Source: a bacterium BMS3Bbin14 (GTDB taxonomy: Bacteria > Desulfobacterota > Desulfobulbia > Desulfobulbales > Desulfobulbaceae). From it: DNA of 24,000 nucleotides. The notes beneath the pieces were generated by a model. The model was not told the DNA's origin, did not search any database, and saw only the letters and a program-made list of their open reading frames with translations. The translations under genes and the position numbers were made by a program. This document shows, piece after piece, positions 16,585-24,000 of the stretch (the stretch's first letter is position 1; each line of letters opens with the position of its first letter). Where the stretch lies: positions 16,364 to 40,363 of the forward strand of contig BDTX01000009.1 in NCBI GenBank assembly GCA_002897615.1, read 5' to 3'.

Positions 16585-17541
16585 TCAGCCGTTGAGGATC
16601 CGCTCAAAATAGGGAATCGTTTTCTTCAGGCCCTCTTCGAGTTGAATCTTCGGCTCCCAGCCGAGCATCTTCTTTGCCAGGGTGATGTCGGGACGGCGCT
16701 GGGTGGGATCGTCGCTGGGCAGCGGTTTACAGATCAGCTCGGAACTCGAGCCGGTCAGGGCAACCACCTTTTCCGCCAGTTCCCTGATGGTAAACTCCGT
16801 GGGATTGCCCGTGTTGACGGGGCCGGTGAAATCGTCCGCCGTGTCCATCAACCGGACAAATGCTTCGATCAAATCATCCACGTAACAAAACGAACGGGTC
16901 TGGCTGCCGTCCCCATAGATGGTAATGGGCTTATTCTGCAGGGCCTGCATGATGAAGTTTGAGACGACCCGGCCGTCGTTGGGATGCATGTTGGGGCCAT
17001 AGGTGTTGAAGATGCGGGCCACCTTGATGCGCAGGTTGTGCTGGCGGCGGTAGTCGAAAAAGAGGGTTTCGGCGCAGCGCTTGCCTTCATCGTAGCAGGA
17101 CCGGAAGCCGATGGGATTGACATAGCCCCAGTAGTCCTCGGTCTGGGGATGAACCTGCGGGTCGCCGTACACCTCGCTGGTGGAGGCCTGGAAAATTTTG
17201 GCTTTGACCCGCTTGGCCAGGCCCAACATGTTGATGGCCCCGTGGACGCTGGTCTTGGTGGTCTGCACCGGGTCGTGCTGGTAATGGATCGGGGACGCGG
17301 GACAGGCCAGGTTGTAGATCTCGTCCACCTCGAGATAAAGGGGAAAAGTTACGTCGTGACGGATGATCTCGAAACGGGGATTATCGAGGAGTTCCGTGAT
17401 CGTGCCCTTGGTGCCGGTGAAGAAGTTGTCCACGCAGATGACGTCGTGGCCGTCCGCCAGGAGGCGTTTGCAGAGATGGGAGCCGAGGAAGCCGGCCCCG
17501 CCGGTCACAACGATGCGTTTGGTGATGTTGTAGTTTTGCAT
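16585..17541 (-). CDS. UDP-glucuronate decarboxylase (UDP-xylose synthase), SDR family
   Basis: Rossmann motif [12 protein letters not shown] and catalytic YDEGKR (YxxxK). Long UXS-typical blocks: [32 protein letters not shown] and [19 protein letters not shown]. Confidence 0.92.
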   Translation of the reverse strand: MQNYNITKRIVVTGGAGFLGSHLCKRLLADGHDVICVDNFFTGTKGTITELLDNPRFEIIRHDVTFPLYLEVDEIYNLACPASPIHYQHDPVQTTKTSVHGAINMLGLAKRVKAKIFQASTSEVYGDPQVHPQTEDYWGYVNPIGFRSCYDEGKRCAETLFFDYRRQHNLRIKVARIFNTYGPNMHPNDGRVVSNFIMQALQNKPITIYGDGSQTRSFCYVDDLIEAFVRLMDTADDFTGPVNTGNPTEFTIRELAEKVVALTGSSSELICKPLPSDDPTQRRPDITLAKKMLGWEPKIQLEEGLKKTIPYFERILNG

Positions 17542-17577
17542 GGCTTATCGTCTCGGGTTAAGGGTTGACGCCAAAAG

Positions 17578-17613
17578 AACAGGTTCACGGAACCGGTGTG
17601 AACCTGTTTTTTT
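17578..17613. terminator. A-tract / 11-bp hairpin / T-tract (bidirectional intrinsic-terminator-like), 35 nt upstream of the UXS start codon
   Basis: aacaggttcac (17578-17588) pairs with gtgaacctgtt (17598-17608) around a 9-nt loop. It is followed by T7 on the + strand and by CTTTTGG on the - strand. Confidence 0.4.
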
Positions 17614-17633
17614 GCGAGAACCCATAGGTTCAA

Positions 17634-17675
17634 GGTAACTGGTCACAGGGTGTGAAACTCTGCGCTATTCCTTAC
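17634..17675 (-). repeat. 42-nt dispersed repeat, copy B (reverse complement of copy A at 7740-7781)
   Basis: 41/42 identity to copy A. It lies in the leader of the minus-strand UXS gene, so it has the same orientation relative to its downstream gene as copy A. Confidence 0.9.
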
Positions 17676-17915
17676 ATCCAACCTGTAAACCGTCACAGGT
17701 GCCACAGATTTACGTAGTCGCTGCCGTTCGCTATAGTCCCTCTATGCGGGCGGGAGTGACCGCGTGAAGATGGGGTGCCTGTGACGGTTTACGGTTCAAG
17801 ATGCGGGATATTTCCTTTACGTACCGCACTGTAAAGAACTTTGGGAGTTTTGTCCACACCGGCAACGATGAGATAAGGTACTCCGGGAAAAGGGCCGCCG
17901 GGCGACGGGTGGTTT

Positions 17916-19094
17916 CTATTTCCGGGCCGCAAAAGGTTGCAGGATAGGCATGTTGTTCCGGAGCTGCGCCAGGGGATAATAGGTCCCCCGCCAATCTATG
18001 CCCTTATTTTTCAGGGTCGTCACGGTCGCCTTGATCATAATGAAAATATTGATATACGGCGTGACCAGCGACCAGGGAAAAGAGCGAATACCGTTGCCAA
18101 GCATAACCGAGCCGCGGACAAAGGCGATCCCCCGGACCATGACCGTTGCCAGGAACAGGAGCCGGGCATAACCGTCTGCCAGGAATACCCCCCAGACGGG
18201 AAAAATCGTCATGACGAAGATAATGACGATCCCGGCCAGCACCCAGGTGACCCTGAAGTTATACAGGGCAAAAACATTTTTCATCAGGCCGTCGATCATC
18301 ATGCCTGCGGTTTCGTACCAGCGTACGGTTACAAAATCATAACCCGCCAGGCAGTCCTGCCGGAAACCATGCTGCTTGATCACTTTGCCGAGCATGATAT
18401 CATCGATGGGGTGCATGCGAATTGACTCATGACCGCCGATCCGCCGGTAAACATCTTTTTTAACGAGGTTGAAGGCCCCGACCCCCATAAAATATCTGCT
18501 GCGCGGATTGCGGGCCGCCCACGGTTTAAAAAGAAAAAAAAGAGCGGCCCCGGCATCCTGGATCATGGCGTTCAACAACGACCCGGCAGCGATATTTTTG
18601 AAAATCAGGGAGAGATGATCCAGCCGCTCGGCGACCATGATCGTCATTGCTCTGGCGACCGTCGTTTTCTCTAACAGCACGTCGGCATCGGTGAAGAGCA
18701 GGTAATCCCCGCCGGCCGCCCGGGCGCCGTAATGAAGGGCATGATTTTTGCCCAGCCATCCCGGCGGCAGTTCGGTCACCTCAAGGAGCCGTATCCGTGG
18801 ATACTGCGCAGCAAGCTTTTCGAGGATGGCCCCGGTCCGGTCGGTTGACCGGTCATTGATCACCACGATCTCAAAAGGGCCGTAATCCTGCTGAACGAGC
18901 GACAGCATGGCGGTCTCAATCGTCTCTTCTTCATTACAGGCCGGCACGATTATCGAGACCCGGGGACGGGAGGGGCCGGAAAACGGCCGGATATCGTTCA
19001 GGTTTCTCAGCCGCCGCAGCCCCAGGGCGACTTCAATCGTGTAGAGCATGGTCATTATGAACGTAATGACCGCCAGAAAGAACAAAAAACTCAC
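17916..19094 (-). CDS. Family 2 glycosyltransferase, integral membrane
   Basis: A 392-aa ORF with a GTG start. GT-A motifs VSIIVPACNEE, INDRSTDRT and LFTDADV (DxD), plus N- and C-terminal hydrophobic helices. Confidence 0.88.
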   Translation of the reverse strand: MSFLFFLAVITFIMTMLYTIEVALGLRRLRNLNDIRPFSGPSRPRVSIIVPACNEEETIETAMLSLVQQDYGPFEIVVINDRSTDRTGAILEKLAAQYPRIRLLEVTELPPGWLGKNHALHYGARAAGGDYLLFTDADVLLEKTTVARAMTIMVAERLDHLSLIFKNIAAGSLLNAMIQDAGAALFFLFKPWAARNPRSRYFMGVGAFNLVKKDVYRRIGGHESIRMHPIDDIMLGKVIKQHGFRQDCLAGYDFVTVRWYETAGMMIDGLMKNVFALYNFRVTWVLAGIVIIFVMTIFPVWGVFLADGYARLLFLATVMVRGIAFVRGSVMLGNGIRSFPWSLVTPYINIFIMIKATVTTLKNKGIDWRGTYYPLAQLRNNMPILQPFAARK

Positions 19095-19173
19095 AATGCA
19101 TCACCAGAAACAATTGCCACTGAACCTGCAGGCTCGTTCCCCGGCCCGATCCCGGCATTATGCGCCGAAAATG

Positions 19174-19206
19174 ACCGCGGGGATACCCGGCCCGCGGTTA
19201 TTTTTT
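19174..19206. terminator. GC hairpin plus T6 (intrinsic-terminator-like) 80 nt upstream of the GT2 start codon
   Basis: accgcggg (19174-19181) pairs with cccgcggt (19191-19198) around a 9-nt loop. It is followed by TATTTTTT on the + strand and by CATTTTCGG on the - strand. Confidence 0.35.
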
Positions 19207-19442
19207 CCGCCGGCCCTGATCTCGAACAAAAAATCATCATTTCTGGACGAACACTCACTAATTTGCATGACTTTACCCGGATTTCATGTATACTCGTCGG
19301 CACGGTTGCTCCCCTTGACATGTTTTTGATTCCCCGCACGCCGGCAATGAGCCCCCGAAGGAACCGACAAACCGGGCGAAAAACATTGCCGCCCTCCCGA
19401 CACGTTCGAGTTAGAGTTCCGAATACGTTGCCTCTCGTTCAT

Positions 19443-19468
19443 CTGGATCCGTGAGCGTTCGAGAACGG
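19443..19468 (+). repeat. 26-nt exact dispersed repeat, second copy (see 15384-15409)
   Basis: Identical to 15384-15409. It forms the left end of a 92-nt block (19453-19544) that is absent from the related copy at 11449-11480. The block is bounded by ccgt on both sides. Confidence 0.9.
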
Positions 19469-19540
19469 TGCAGATGCCAGGCGGCAACGATGTTAATTAT
19501 CCTGGTGTGATATCAACGAGTTGCCAACATAGCAGAGGCG

Positions 19541-19566
19541 CCGTTATCGGGCGGACCGCAGGGCGG
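19541..19566 (-). repeat. Short dispersed repeat, inverted partner of 11449-11474
   Basis: The reverse complement ccgccctgcggtccgcccgataacgg matches 11449-11474 at 24/26 positions. Confidence 0.8.
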
Positions 19567-19798
19567 CTCGGTGCAGACCAGAAAATGCATTTATTCATAA
19601 TATAAGGCAATAAACCCACATATTGCGCAAAATGTCACCTCAAGCCGTCACGGATTCAATCCGGCGTTTGTCATGCCGCCCCCGGGCTCATGATATGTAA
19701 GTGATTGAGTACGTGAAACCGCCTGGTTATATATCCTGTGATGAGTTACCATGATATTGCACCATAAGAGAAAATCATAAAATACAAAACAATTACCC

Positions 19799-21331
19799 AT
19801 GACCAGCATTAATAATTTGTGCAAGCCCCCCCGTTGCAAGGACCGGCTCAAGGTCCCTGCCAAGAGAAAAAAAAGCGGCCAAGAGCCCTCCCTGTCCAAG
19901 GACCCAGGGAGGGAACCGTCGCCAGCCCCGGAAACATCTCCGGTTGCCGCCGCCGGAGAGCGGGAGAGCAGTAGCCGACAGCACGGCGGGCAGGAGGAAC
20001 AGGACTCCCGGAGCAGCATAAAGCCTGGCGACGGGACCTGGGACATCTCCGATTTCCAGGTTACGGCGGCCGAGGGCAAAACCAGGTTCCAGGACCTGCC
20101 CCTGCCCCTTTCAATCATGCACGCCATCGCCGACCTGGGCTTTGAATATTGCACGCCGATCCAGGCGGAAACACTACCGTCGAGTCTGGCCGGCAAGGAT
20201 ATCGTCGGCCAGGCCCAAACCGGGACCGGCAAAACCGCCGCCTTTCTCATCACCCTCCTGGATCACCTTCTGGCCAACAAGCCCGCAGCGGCAAAAAAAA
20301 GATTATCGATGCCGCGCACGCTGATCCTGGCCCCGACCCGTGAACTGGTCATCCAGATAGTCAAGGAAGCGCAGGAACTTGACAAATATTGCCGGTTGAA
20401 GGTAGCCGGCATTTACGGCGGCGTCGATTACCAGGAACAACGCCAGATGCTCACTTCCGAAGCCGTTGATATCATGGTCGCCACTCCGGGGAGACTGCTT
20501 GATTTCCAACGGCAGGGTATTATCAAACTGAAAAAGCTGGAAATCTTCGTGATCGACGAGGCGGACCGCATGCTTGACATGGGATTCATCCCGGATGTCC
20601 GGAGAATCGTGTCAAATGCCCCGGCCAAGGAGGGCCGGCAGACGATTCTCTTCAGCGCCACCATATCGGCGGATGTCAAGCGCCTTGCCTCCCAGTGGAC
20701 GAAAAATGCCATTCAAGTGGAAATCGCCCCGGAGCATGTTGCGGTCGACAGCGTCGAGCAGATCTTCTACCTCACCACGGCAGAAGAAAAATACACCCTG
20801 CTCTATAATGTGATAACGACTCTTGACCTGAAACGGGTCATGGTCTTTGTCAACCGCCGCGACGAAACGAAAAAACTCACGGATCATCTCAAACGGAACG
20901 GCATCAGCTGTGCCATGCTCTCGGGAGAAGTTCCCCAGAAGCGCCGGATCGCAACCTTGGAAGATTTCCGCAACGGCAAGATCCGGGTGCTGGTTGCCAC
21001 CGATGTAGCCAGCCGGGGCATTCATATCGATGGCGTCAGTCATGTCATTAACTACACCCTGCCCTTTGAGCCTGAAAATTATGTCCACCGGATAGGCCGC
21101 ACCGGCAGAGCCGGGGCCGCGGGCATTTCCATCAGCTTTGCCTGCGAGGAAGGATCGTTCCATCTCCCGGAGATCGAAGAGTTTCTCGGCCGTGAACTGA
21201 AATGCGTCTATCCGGACAGCGCCCTGCTGGTCCCGCCCCCGCGCGGCACGAAAGCACCAGAGAGCACCTCAAGGCCCGGCAGAAAAAAAAGGCGGCCGCC
21301 ATCCGGGCGGCGGCCGAAAAACAGATACTGA
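19799..21331 (+). CDS. DEAD-box ATP-dependent RNA helicase with basic N- and C-terminal extensions
   Basis: Q-motif region FQDLPLPLSIMHAIADLGFEYCTPIQ, AQTGTGKT, VIDEADRM, SAT, and HRIGRTGRAG. The C-terminal tail is Arg/Lys/Pro-rich. Confidence 0.9.
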   Translation: MTSINNLCKPPRCKDRLKVPAKRKKSGQEPSLSKDPGREPSPAPETSPVAAAGERESSSRQHGGQEEQDSRSSIKPGDGTWDISDFQVTAAEGKTRFQDLPLPLSIMHAIADLGFEYCTPIQAETLPSSLAGKDIVGQAQTGTGKTAAFLITLLDHLLANKPAAAKKRLSMPRTLILAPTRELVIQIVKEAQELDKYCRLKVAGIYGGVDYQEQRQMLTSEAVDIMVATPGRLLDFQRQGIIKLKKLEIFVIDEADRMLDMGFIPDVRRIVSNAPAKEGRQTILFSATISADVKRLASQWTKNAIQVEIAPEHVAVDSVEQIFYLTTAEEKYTLLYNVITTLDLKRVMVFVNRRDETKKLTDHLKRNGISCAMLSGEVPQKRRIATLEDFRNGKIRVLVATDVASRGIHIDGVSHVINYTLPFEPENYVHRIGRTGRAGAAGISISFACEEGSFHLPEIEEFLGRELKCVYPDSALLVPPPRGTKAPESTSRPGRKKRRPPSGRRPKNRY

Positions 21332-21745
21332 GAGAACGCTGCCGGCAGCAGGCCCCCTCGGCCACGCTTTTCTCTACCCGCTGAAATAACTGTCACCATA
21401 AGGCGACCCGCAAAGGCATTTCCAAGAGCGTTCAGGAAAAAGGCACAGCAAGAAAATAGCGGCTTGTAACGAAACATCAACCAGATGTGCATGAAGCCCG
21501 CCACCAGCTTGCCACTGTTGCCACTTTATTCATAATATCAACATATTAATTGACATGCCGAGGTGTGCCTTATTTTTTCACGCCCAAGGATAATATTAGT
21601 AACTGCCGAAAAAGACAGGACTCTTTTCTTAAACGGTGGCAGATGTAAAATATTATCCCCCACCATTAACCAGTCAAAGAGCCAGTCTTTTTTTTGCGAC
21701 AATTCGACTTGACGCATTCAAGAAATTTTATAATTTTACCGTGAT

Positions 21746-23107
21746 TTATGATTTAAAAAAGGCAGGGACAATATGATGCCGATTAAGCAACTTGTAGAAA
21801 TCGGTACGATTGCGGTTGGCGATGCGCGCCGCCTGCGACACGTTGCCTTGAGTAGTCTGTAAAAGCTGAACCAGGTATTCCTGTTCGAACCGGCGCCGCG
21901 CTTCTATCAGGGGCAGAATTCTTTTAGTATGATGCTTGATTGCATCATGCAAAAGATCTTCCGAAATAATCGGTGTAGTTGTAAGGGTTACAGCCTGCTC
22001 CACCACATTGTATAACTGCCGGACATTGCCGGGCCAGGCGGCATCGACCAATATCTCCATGGCCTTAGGCGTAAATCTCTGCACTTTTCCTTCATTACCG
22101 CTCGCCAGAATTTTAATAAACGATTCAACCAGGATCGGGATATCCTCTTTTCGATCGTGCAACGGTGGCAACTCCAGGCCGATCACATCGAGGCGATAAA
22201 AAAGATCCTCCCGGAACTGGCCGCTCTCTATGGCCTCTTCCAGGTTGCGATGCGTTGCCGAAATAATCCGCACATCCACCGGTACGGATGTCGTACTCCC
22301 CACGGGCCGGACCTGACGCTCCTGCAGCACCCGTAGCAACTTGACCTGCAGATGCAGCGGCATATCGCCGATTTCATCAAGAAACAAGGTGCCCTTATGA
22401 GCAGACTGAAAAAGCCCCATATAGCTTCTTGACGCACCGGTGAAGGAGCCCTTCACATGACCAAACAACTCGGATTCAAGCAGGGTCTCGGGGATAGCCG
22501 TACAGTTCACCGGGATAAAGGGGCCCTGGCTGCGGTCACTTGCCCGATGAATGGCAATGGCCAGAAGTTCCTTGCCGGTACCGCTCTCCCCTCTGATCAG
22601 AACCGTTGCATCTGTTTCGGCCACCAAGCGTGCTTTAGAGAGCAACTGTTCCATGGCAGCGCTTTTATAGATAATGTCACTGCACCACTCCCCACGGTCA
22701 TCACGAGGGCCGGCACCAGCGGCTGAAAATTTCAGAGCCTTCTCGACCTCCCGCACAAGATCCCGGCCGTCAATCGGCTTGGTCAGGAAGGAAAAAACTC
22801 CCTGCCGGGTTGCCTCTACCGCCTCCGGAATGGATCCATGGGCGGTGATAATGATGACCGGAATTGCCCGATTTCGCTTCCGAACCGCCTCAAACAAAGT
22901 TATACCGTCAATCCCCGGCATTCGCAGATCGGTGATGACCAGGTGCGGCCTGATCATCGCCAACTTGGCCAAGGCCTCTTCTCCACTTAGTGTGGTTGTG
23001 ACCTGATAACTATTGCTCTCAAGGCGCAATTTCCATAAACTGAGCAGATCCGCCTCGTCATCGACAAGAAGAATACGGTAACCTTCACTCATAAAACCTG
23101 CTCCCAT
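21746..23107 (-). CDS. Sigma54-dependent response regulator (NtrC family: receiver, AAA+, Fis-type HTH)
   Basis: Receiver RILLVDDE...DLRMPGIDG. AAA+ motifs GESGTGKE, ESELFGH and the GAFTGA-loop variant GSFTGA. C-terminal HTH QGNVSQAARIANRNRTDFYKLL. ATG 23092 (MSEGYRILLVDD) is an alternative start. Confidence 0.93.
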   Translation of the reverse strand: MGAGFMSEGYRILLVDDEADLLSLWKLRLESNSYQVTTTLSGEEALAKLAMIRPHLVITDLRMPGIDGITLFEAVRKRNRAIPVIIITAHGSIPEAVEATRQGVFSFLTKPIDGRDLVREVEKALKFSAAGAGPRDDRGEWCSDIIYKSAAMEQLLSKARLVAETDATVLIRGESGTGKELLAIAIHRASDRSQGPFIPVNCTAIPETLLESELFGHVKGSFTGASRSYMGLFQSAHKGTLFLDEIGDMPLHLQVKLLRVLQERQVRPVGSTTSVPVDVRIISATHRNLEEAIESGQFREDLFYRLDVIGLELPPLHDRKEDIPILVESFIKILASGNEGKVQRFTPKAMEILVDAAWPGNVRQLYNVVEQAVTLTTTPIISEDLLHDAIKHHTKRILPLIEARRRFEQEYLVQLLQTTQGNVSQAARIANRNRTDFYKLLNRHHIVPAFFKS

Positions 23108-23116
23108 CTCGGTATC

Positions 23117-23638
23117 CTACCGATCTTTAATGATATTTTCAATATTCTTGAGCTGTTCGATCTGGCTTTTCAGATCCTGGGCCCTGACCTGCTCCTGCTC
23201 CAGGGAGTTGGTGAGCGAATCAACTTTCTTTTCGAGTTTATTTTTTTCATCAACCAGCTTCTTCCTGGTACTCTGGCTGCAAATCTCCGCACTGCCAAGA
23301 CGCTTGACTAAGGCGGAAAGCCCCAGCATATCCTGCCGGGCGTCAGGGTGCCGCTCAAGATATTCGGCGAGCACCTCTCCGCCCTTCTTCACCAGCTCAT
23401 AGTCCGCTTTTTCATTTAAACTCAGGCAGACGAAATGAAGTTGATCCAGATCATTACCGTTTGCCAATTTTTTTTCCGCCCGGCGGACACGAGCCTCAAA
23501 ATCATCGCGTCGAATACCCTGCATTTCGTTCATACACGACAAAACGTATCCGGCCCTACCCCTCTGCAACGACACCATCTCGGCGCAACTACATAAAATA
23601 ATAGGAAGAATCATCAAGAAAAACAAAAATTTATTCAT
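23117..23638 (-). CDS. Putative lipoprotein with C-terminal coiled coil, hypothetical
   Basis: I prefer ATG 23638 over the track TTG 23653. The signal peptide MNKFLFFLMILPIILCSC is lipobox-like. The C-terminus is E/K/L/Q-rich with heptad character. The gene sits between the kinase and regulator genes with very short gaps. Confidence 0.55.
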   Translation of the reverse strand: MNKFLFFLMILPIILCSCAEMVSLQRGRAGYVLSCMNEMQGIRRDDFEARVRRAEKKLANGNDLDQLHFVCLSLNEKADYELVKKGGEVLAEYLERHPDARQDMLGLSALVKRLGSAEICSQSTRKKLVDEKNKLEKKVDSLTNSLEQEQVRAQDLKSQIEQLKNIENIIKDR

Positions 23639-23649
23639 TATACCATTAC

Positions 23650-24000
23650 TCAAACAGCGACTGGCAGTGTCACGGCAAACCGGGCGCCCCGTTTACCAGG
23701 AAGCAAACGAATAGTTCCTCCGTGATTCTGCACATATTCTTTACTAATTGCAAGACCCAGGCCTGAACCCTTAACCACAGTCTTTTTAGCCCCCTGACCC
23801 TGGAAAAAAGGTGAGAAAATTCTGGAACGATCCTCGTCTCTGACTCCCGGGCCGCTATCTTCGACAAAGCAGACAACGAGGCGGGAATTCACACGCAACT
23901 GTATTTTGATCAATCCTTGGTCCGGAGTAAATTTCACGGCGTTGGACAAAAGATTATCAAAAACCGTTTTCAATTGTTTTCGGTTACCGGCAACACGTAC
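23650..24000 (-). CDS. Sensor histidine kinase, C-terminal HATPase_c part (gene continues past the right edge)
   Basis: The frame is open to base 24000 (VRVAGNRKQLKTVFDNLLSNAVKF...). N box NLLSNAVKF, G1 EDSGPGV, G2 GSGLGLAI. The track start at 23973 is an internal TTG. Confidence 0.85.
   Translation of the reverse strand, partial: VRVAGNRKQLKTVFDNLLSNAVKFTPDQGLIKIQLRVNSRLVVCFVEDSGPGVRDEDRSRIFSPFFQGQGAKKTVVKGSGLGLAISKEYVQNHGGTIRLLPGKRGARFAVTLPVAV

Noticed and set aside
19091-19339. 82-aa ORF (-) overlapping the GT2 start by GTGA
   Set aside because: The composition is unprotein-like. The ORF spans the terminator-like hairpin and has no SD. The overlap is probably coincidental, though it cannot be fully excluded.
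9369-19800. tRNA-Arg-anchored genomic island carrying hgcAB
   Set aside because: I found no direct repeat of the tRNA 3' end downstream, and no integrase or other mobility gene in the window. The genes right after the tRNA look like ordinary housekeeping genes.
21499-21514. Sigma54-promoter-like TGGCAA-N5-TGGCG on the minus strand
   Set aside because: The -12 element is imperfect (TGGC rather than TTGC). The only downstream reading frame (21208..21504) runs antisense into the helicase 3' end and looks non-coding. There is no plausible target gene.

Overview
A 24-kb, GC-rich chromosomal window. The gene content suggests a deltaproteobacterium, possibly Desulfobulbales-like, but this is inference only. 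Ordinary genes present: a partial FGE-family gene, glgP, hrpB, prfC, a DEDD 3'-5' exonuclease, tRNA-Arg(TCG), a flavodoxin-like protein, a SprT/DUF2786 protein, an MFS transporter, a nitroreductase, UDP-glucuronate decarboxylase, a GT2 glycosyltransferase, a DEAD-box helicase, and a histidine kinase / lipoprotein / sigma54 response regulator operon. They surround an arsR-hgcA-hgcB mercury-methylation operon at 11.5-13.4 kb. Main observation: hgcA appears to start 177 nt upstream of the ORF-track start, at an SD-preceded ATG (11880) that overlaps the arsR stop. It would then read through one in-frame TGA (11991-11993). A GC hairpin with a GGU loop lies 12 nt after that TGA, which is SECIS-like geometry. 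This makes a candidate selenocysteine, giving a vicinal Cys-Sec (GPCUGP) on the N-terminal tail of the Hg-methylating corrinoid protein. The intergenic DNA is also repeat-rich. It contains a 127-bp tandem array (about 3.9 copies) running from the 3' end of the exonuclease gene towards tRNA-Arg. It contains a 152-bp MITE-like element with perfect 13-bp terminal inverted repeats and an 8-bp direct duplication just upstream of the arsR-hgcAB promoter. It also contains several short dispersed repeats that share GTAAC...GTTAC-type ends. No transposase, CRISPR array, integrase or recognisable defence system was seen. All protein calls rest on motifs recognised by eye, because no searches could be run.
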